48,484 nt of DNA from Asterionella formosa (taxonomy: Eukaryota), in the NCBI GenBank assembly GCA_002256025.1, contig NKIB01014007.1, forward strand, positions 1 through 48,484. Reading direction: 5' to 3'. Under the pieces are notes generated by a model that saw only the letters and a program-made list of their open reading frames with translations, was not told where the DNA came from and did not search any database. Position 1 is the stretch's first letter. Every line of letters begins with the position of its first letter. Shown one piece after another: positions 43,890 through 48,484 of the stretch. Made by a program: the position numbers and the translations under genes.

Positions 43890-45610
43890 CCTTGAGGAGT
43901 TCGCTGCAGACGAGAGAATTAGAAATATTACTCGTATAGATAACAAATAAAGAGGGTATAAGGAAGTTTACCTGAGCGTTGTTGTCCACATACATCTATA
44001 TAGGCTGCTGGTATTTTGTCTGGTGCATTTTTTTCAAGCATCACGGCATGTGGTCGTGATTTTTCCTATCTACAGGGGTGTGTGTTTTTGTTTACTATCC
44101 CGGTTTGAGTCTACATTTTCACAACGATTTCAGAAACGGTTTCGATGCACGACGAAACAAGAATCATTTCAGACATTCAAAATACCTTTAGCCAATGAAA
44201 AACCTTAAGCGGTGTTACTTAGGCATGAATTCCCCTTAAGTGAAAAAACTGGACATCGTTGGTGAGGAATCACTTATAAGCAACAGCAGATATGCCTTGA
44301 AACGCTTACGTCATTCGACATTTCATCATCTTTAGCGTTTCCTATTGGACATCCCAATGGAATCGTTTCAATTCTTCAATTGTCACGATATCGTTCAGAA
44401 GTTGACGCACTGTCGATCTCCACACAGAAAGACAGACGGAGGATCCTGTGAGCAGTTTCCATTGGTATGCGGTTTTGCGCGAATCGACTGGCAATGAATA
44501 GCCTGATTGTGGACATTGTGCAGTAATACATAACAAAACAGTCAAATGCACGATAGCCGACAAGAATCCCATCTTACTATGGTGACATTGGCATGATACA
44601 TTGTAAAATGAAAATGTCTCAGGGATAACAACAGTCGTCGTACTGGTGCAACAACGGACTTAAATTACCGGTAGATATCATACAAATATGTCGAATGCAG
44701 GTACTAGGTACCAACGAATAATCTGACTACCGGTACCAGGTACCAGTAATTGTGTCAAGAATACCGTATACTGTACCGTAGCATCAATGCATGGCTATAT
44801 TGAGTCACAAGGATTGTGGACTCGACTAGAGTCCAATGAGTCAAATTGTGCGTTCCCATTTCAAGGAACTTGCTAACGAGATTTATGTTTTAGATCAATC
44901 AGAAGAAGGTTTACATCAACGGAAAGGGAACACGAAGAACAGGTTCTCAAGGTGTGATGAATGAACTTTTTAAACTTATAAATAAGAAACAGTGAGAATT
45001 GACAGGGTAAGGTGAAAAGCGAAAATTAGCACAAAGGCTAGCAGCAAAAGATAACTGTACTAGTAGTACAACAGGTAAGTCCGACATAAGAGGATACCCG
45101 TCAGACGAGAAGGAGTAGATGACCTTTTAACATGATTGATCCGGTTCTTAGACATCGATTCAAGGTGATATTCTAGTTCCAAAGACAATTATGCTAGCAT
45201 TGCTTGGAAACACGAAGACAACAAACAACTTGAGCTACTGGAAATAGATCGGACTCCATACCAGGAGTAACCACGATGCCCACAAAATCCGTGTCTGCTC
45301 TTTATTGAGACGAAAGGGAATTGAGTAGCAATGCCTGCACTACCCACGAGGGAGAGAAATATCGAGAACGCACTCCTGCCACAAACACTACCTTTGCTCT
45401 TACCGGTTACGGAACCCTAACATCATGAATCGTGCAAATGGCGTAATAGAATGTAATAATTCAGGAACATTCTAACAAGAAAAAACTGCTAGAAATAACT
45501 ATTGTGAATCACCGGTGGCAGCGCATCGCATGTCCTCCCACTTCCCCTTGACAATGCAAGACAACTTCCACCACAAACATGTGAGACGATTCTACATCTC
45601 GTTCCCAGAT

Positions 45611-46270
45611 TTAAATTTGCGTTGCATGGTTCCGTCGCCCCCCACTTGCTGCATCGTTCTCGTCGGTACCTTCTCCTTCGCCGGCTCGACTTGCTGCCAT
45701 CCGTCCTTGCAGAGAGACATTGTTCGACGCATGTTCCATCTGCAAGGCAGCTGCCAATTGTTGATGAAACCCATTCATAGCAGCACCACCCAAACCTCCC
45801 CCCAATGCAGAATTGAATTGAGCTGCATTCATTTGCGCCGCTAGTCCATTCCAACCAGCTTGACCAGGAGCAGGAGCCCCACCCAACCCCAATCCATTAA
45901 ACTGTGCCATTCCTAAAGCTTGTTGCTGCTGTTGCTGCGAAGTCCCTTGTTGTCCATTGTTAATTATGTGTTGCTGCTGTCGTGTCATGAAGGAATTTTG
46001 CTGATTGATCAATACCAATCGAGTATTCTCCGCGGCGACCATTTCCATTTTATTCATTAGATTTCGATTCTCTTCTCGCAATGATTCCAATTCTTTCGTC
46101 AACAAAGCCGCCTTGCCTTGGAGTTCTTCAATCAACATCCGTTTGCGAAGCCGACTTTGATAGGCAGATTTGCGATTGCGCGCTCGTCGTTCTTCTGCAG
46201 TGGCGGGATCGTCATCTGCCTTGCGTTTGCTGGTGTGATTGTCATCGGACGATTTGGAGTCGTCAGACAT
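45611..46270 (-). CDS. bZIP transcription factor
   Basis: 219 aa. Basic region RRARNRKSAYQSRLRKR followed by a leucine heptad. Gln/Gly-rich C-terminus. Confidence 0.92.
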   Translation of the reverse strand: MSDDSKSSDDNHTSKRKADDDPATAEERRARNRKSAYQSRLRKRMLIEELQGKAALLTKELESLREENRNLMNKMEMVAAENTRLVLINQQNSFMTRQQQHIINNGQQGTSQQQQQQALGMAQFNGLGLGGAPAPGQAGWNGLAAQMNAAQFNSALGGGLGGAAMNGFHQQLAAALQMEHASNNVSLQGRMAASRAGEGEGTDENDAASGGRRNHATQI

Positions 46271-47089
46271 GATGCTACTAATGTGGAGCGTGGGGAAGTG
46301 GGAGTCTTTCTATTTTGTTGTGGTGCCTCTTGCTGGGCCAACTACCCCCTGGTACTGGTAAGGAGCGAAGTGGCGGTAGTTCGTGCGGATACCCACAACA
46401 TGTAAGAGTGGGGAGATTGATGGGACTTGTAATCGCTTCTTCCTCCTTCCGAAACAAAATGTGCTGTGATGTGTCGGTCACGAAGTAAGATACGTTTCGG
46501 TTAAATGTCTTGTGATGGGAGAGATACCGGAACTTTCTCAAGCACAGGAGGCAAGAATTCGTTGATGCGTCAACTCCTTCTGGCATTTTTCTTATCAAAA
46601 ACTGCACACACAGGAAACGCACGTTACTTGTTTAAAGCAAACCCCGAATTACGTACAGATTCCATTATTGCACTACCAGGTACCAGCGATACATACACAT
46701 ATGTACAGATCATGTATAAAATGCCTGGTAGTACAAGGTCTGGTACGGTACCAGGTAGTTCGTTTCCGCCGGTACCAGTACCTCGTACCTGGTACCAGGT
46801 ACTAGGCTACCTTGGTACCTGGTATCAGGTACCAACGGTTGCAACGACCACAGGTACATGATACACACCCAAACGAAGAGTACACTGGATTCAAACCAAA
46901 TCACAACGAACATTCTAAATGTTCTACATCTAGTAGTGACTACCGTATAATTCAGTGTCCTGCCCAATGGAAAATGCCGTGACTTGACTGATTTTACTTA
47001 AAGGGGGGGGCCTAGAAAATGAAAAATTTCCCATATAATGGACCCACCTAAATTTTATCGGTTCTACAGGATGGAGCGCATTTTTCTAA

Positions 47090-48483
47090 GGGCCGTTCTT
47101 ATCATTCTGTTATTTGTTGTCATTGGTGTATCATCGCCGAAATATGATACAAAAATGGCGGTTTGGTTTTTTTTTGTGTATCACCAACGGTTTTTTTGGT
47201 CTGATCACCGGTGTATCATGGGTGTATCACTGATACAGTTTTTGGACCCCTGACCAATGCTGTATCACTGATCAAGCCGTTGATCACTGTGTATCACGTC
47301 CGTTGCCACTGATAAAATAACTGTAAATACGCAAGCACAACACTATTAAATATTGCGCCAACTATTTTTTGTTATATATATACTACGGTACTCTGTATAC
47401 ATTACCTTTCAGCTTCGTGAGTCATACAAGAATCAGTAGTCCGCTCATCTCTATACCAATCTTCCGACATCGACTATATCTCGATTAATTGGCGCAATGA
47501 GCAGCAAAGTAGTAGTGACCGGAAAAAAATGAACCAGGGTTGTTGCCACTTTCAACTATAGTCGGGCGGTTGATGGTGGCAAGGAAGCCGTCAATAGCAC
47601 CAACACATCCTCTCATCACGCCCTCTGAGCTTTTGCATTCAAAGCTGGAAGCCAATTTGATAAATTCTTCTTTTTCTTTTGGAAAAATAATTTCGAGTTC
47701 TTCACAGTTTAGTACAGCATCAATGAACAAATCACGACATCGATAAAGTGAAGCAATGCTACAACCGTAGGCATGACGAATGTCGATGTAACTTCCCCCA
47801 GCCAGCCATCGCAAACCAATGGCTACCACAATTTCGGGAATTATGGGCTCAGAAGTGCCACATTTGGAATAATTCCCTGCAATCTGAATTTCCAGCATGG
47901 AGGTGAGTTTTTTGAATGCTCTGTGTGACATTCTGTATGTCTTCTCGAAAGCAATCTCGTGATTGAGTTTCTCGACATGTGATTGCCAGGAGATTCTTTC
48001 GTGGTGCCACTTGTGCCTTCGTTGTCGTCGTCGTTCAGATGACTGAAGCTGCCGTTTACAGCGTCGCCTTTGTCGTTTGGATGAGTGTTCTTTTTCCTCT
48101 GCTTCCTTAGTTAAATGACAGAGGAAGAAGAAATCAAGATCACTACTGTCATCGTCATTATCATCAAGTAAATCAAATGGCGACGACATGATTCATGCAA
48201 ATGTGTGTTTTTAATATTATATTTAGTTTCCCGGTAATTATATTTTGTTGTTGCTTGATATCAAGACCATCATTATATTCTGGAGGGATATACACATGAT
48301 CTTCGCCAGCCTGTTGCCGTTGAAGATTCATTTTACTCCATGATACAATGTGATCACAAATTAGTGATACAGTGACACTTTTGGAATGAATGAAATTCAG
48401 TTCAAATCGAGTTACCGTTGCTGATACATTTTCAAAAAAATTCAAATTCCGTGATACACGAAAAAAAATGATAAGAACGACCC
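47090..48483 (-). mobile_element. PIF/Harbinger element, internally deleted, 1394 bp
   Basis: TIRs GGGCCGTTCTTATCATT and (reverse complement) GGGTCGTTCTTATCATT. TAA precedes the left TIR (47087-47089) and T follows the right TIR at the window edge. Multiple subterminal TGTATCA/TGATACA motifs. Confidence 0.92.
47485..48189 (-). pseudogene. Truncated Harbinger/HARBI1-like DDE transposase
   Basis: FEKTYRMS...F..L, LRWLAGGSY, GCVGAIDG, FFSGHY. The ORF ends shortly after the first catalytic Asp, so the second Asp and the Glu are missing. Confidence 0.85.
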
Positions 48484-48484
48484 T

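Noticed and set aside
42444..43939. Plus-strand Pro-rich, Ser-rich and Leu-rich ORFs
   Set aside because: These are antisense shadows of the low-complexity HSF coding sequence.

Overview
Eukaryotic nuclear DNA, most likely from a pennate diatom. This is an inference from short GT-AG introns, a signal-peptide+AF bipartite presequence, DUF6824-like, HSF and trypsin genes, and PIF/Harbinger remnants. About 18 intact protein genes are visible: glutathione reductase, FAD monooxygenase, plastid-type mercaptopyruvate sulfurtransferase, a non-RD kinase, spliced Rab7, two single-domain rhodanese paralogues in inverted orientation around a DUF2431/FDX-ACB-like gene, a J-like protein, a PPR protein with a GNAT-like C-terminal domain, a multi-DUF6824 protein, trypsin, a DUF268-like protein, HSF, bZIP and several membrane or hypothetical proteins. 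The intergenic DNA holds a Stowaway-like Tc1/mariner element (31-bp TIRs, TA TSD), a deleted PIF/Harbinger element with both TIRs, degenerate pogo and Harbinger transposases, a ~90-bp MITE-like family (6 whole or partial copies), a Rab11 pseudogene that keeps an intron, a long near-perfect hairpin, and pervasive GGTACC-based palindromic clusters. No rRNA, tRNA or CRISPR array was recognised. Family assignments come from motif recognition by eye, not from database searches.
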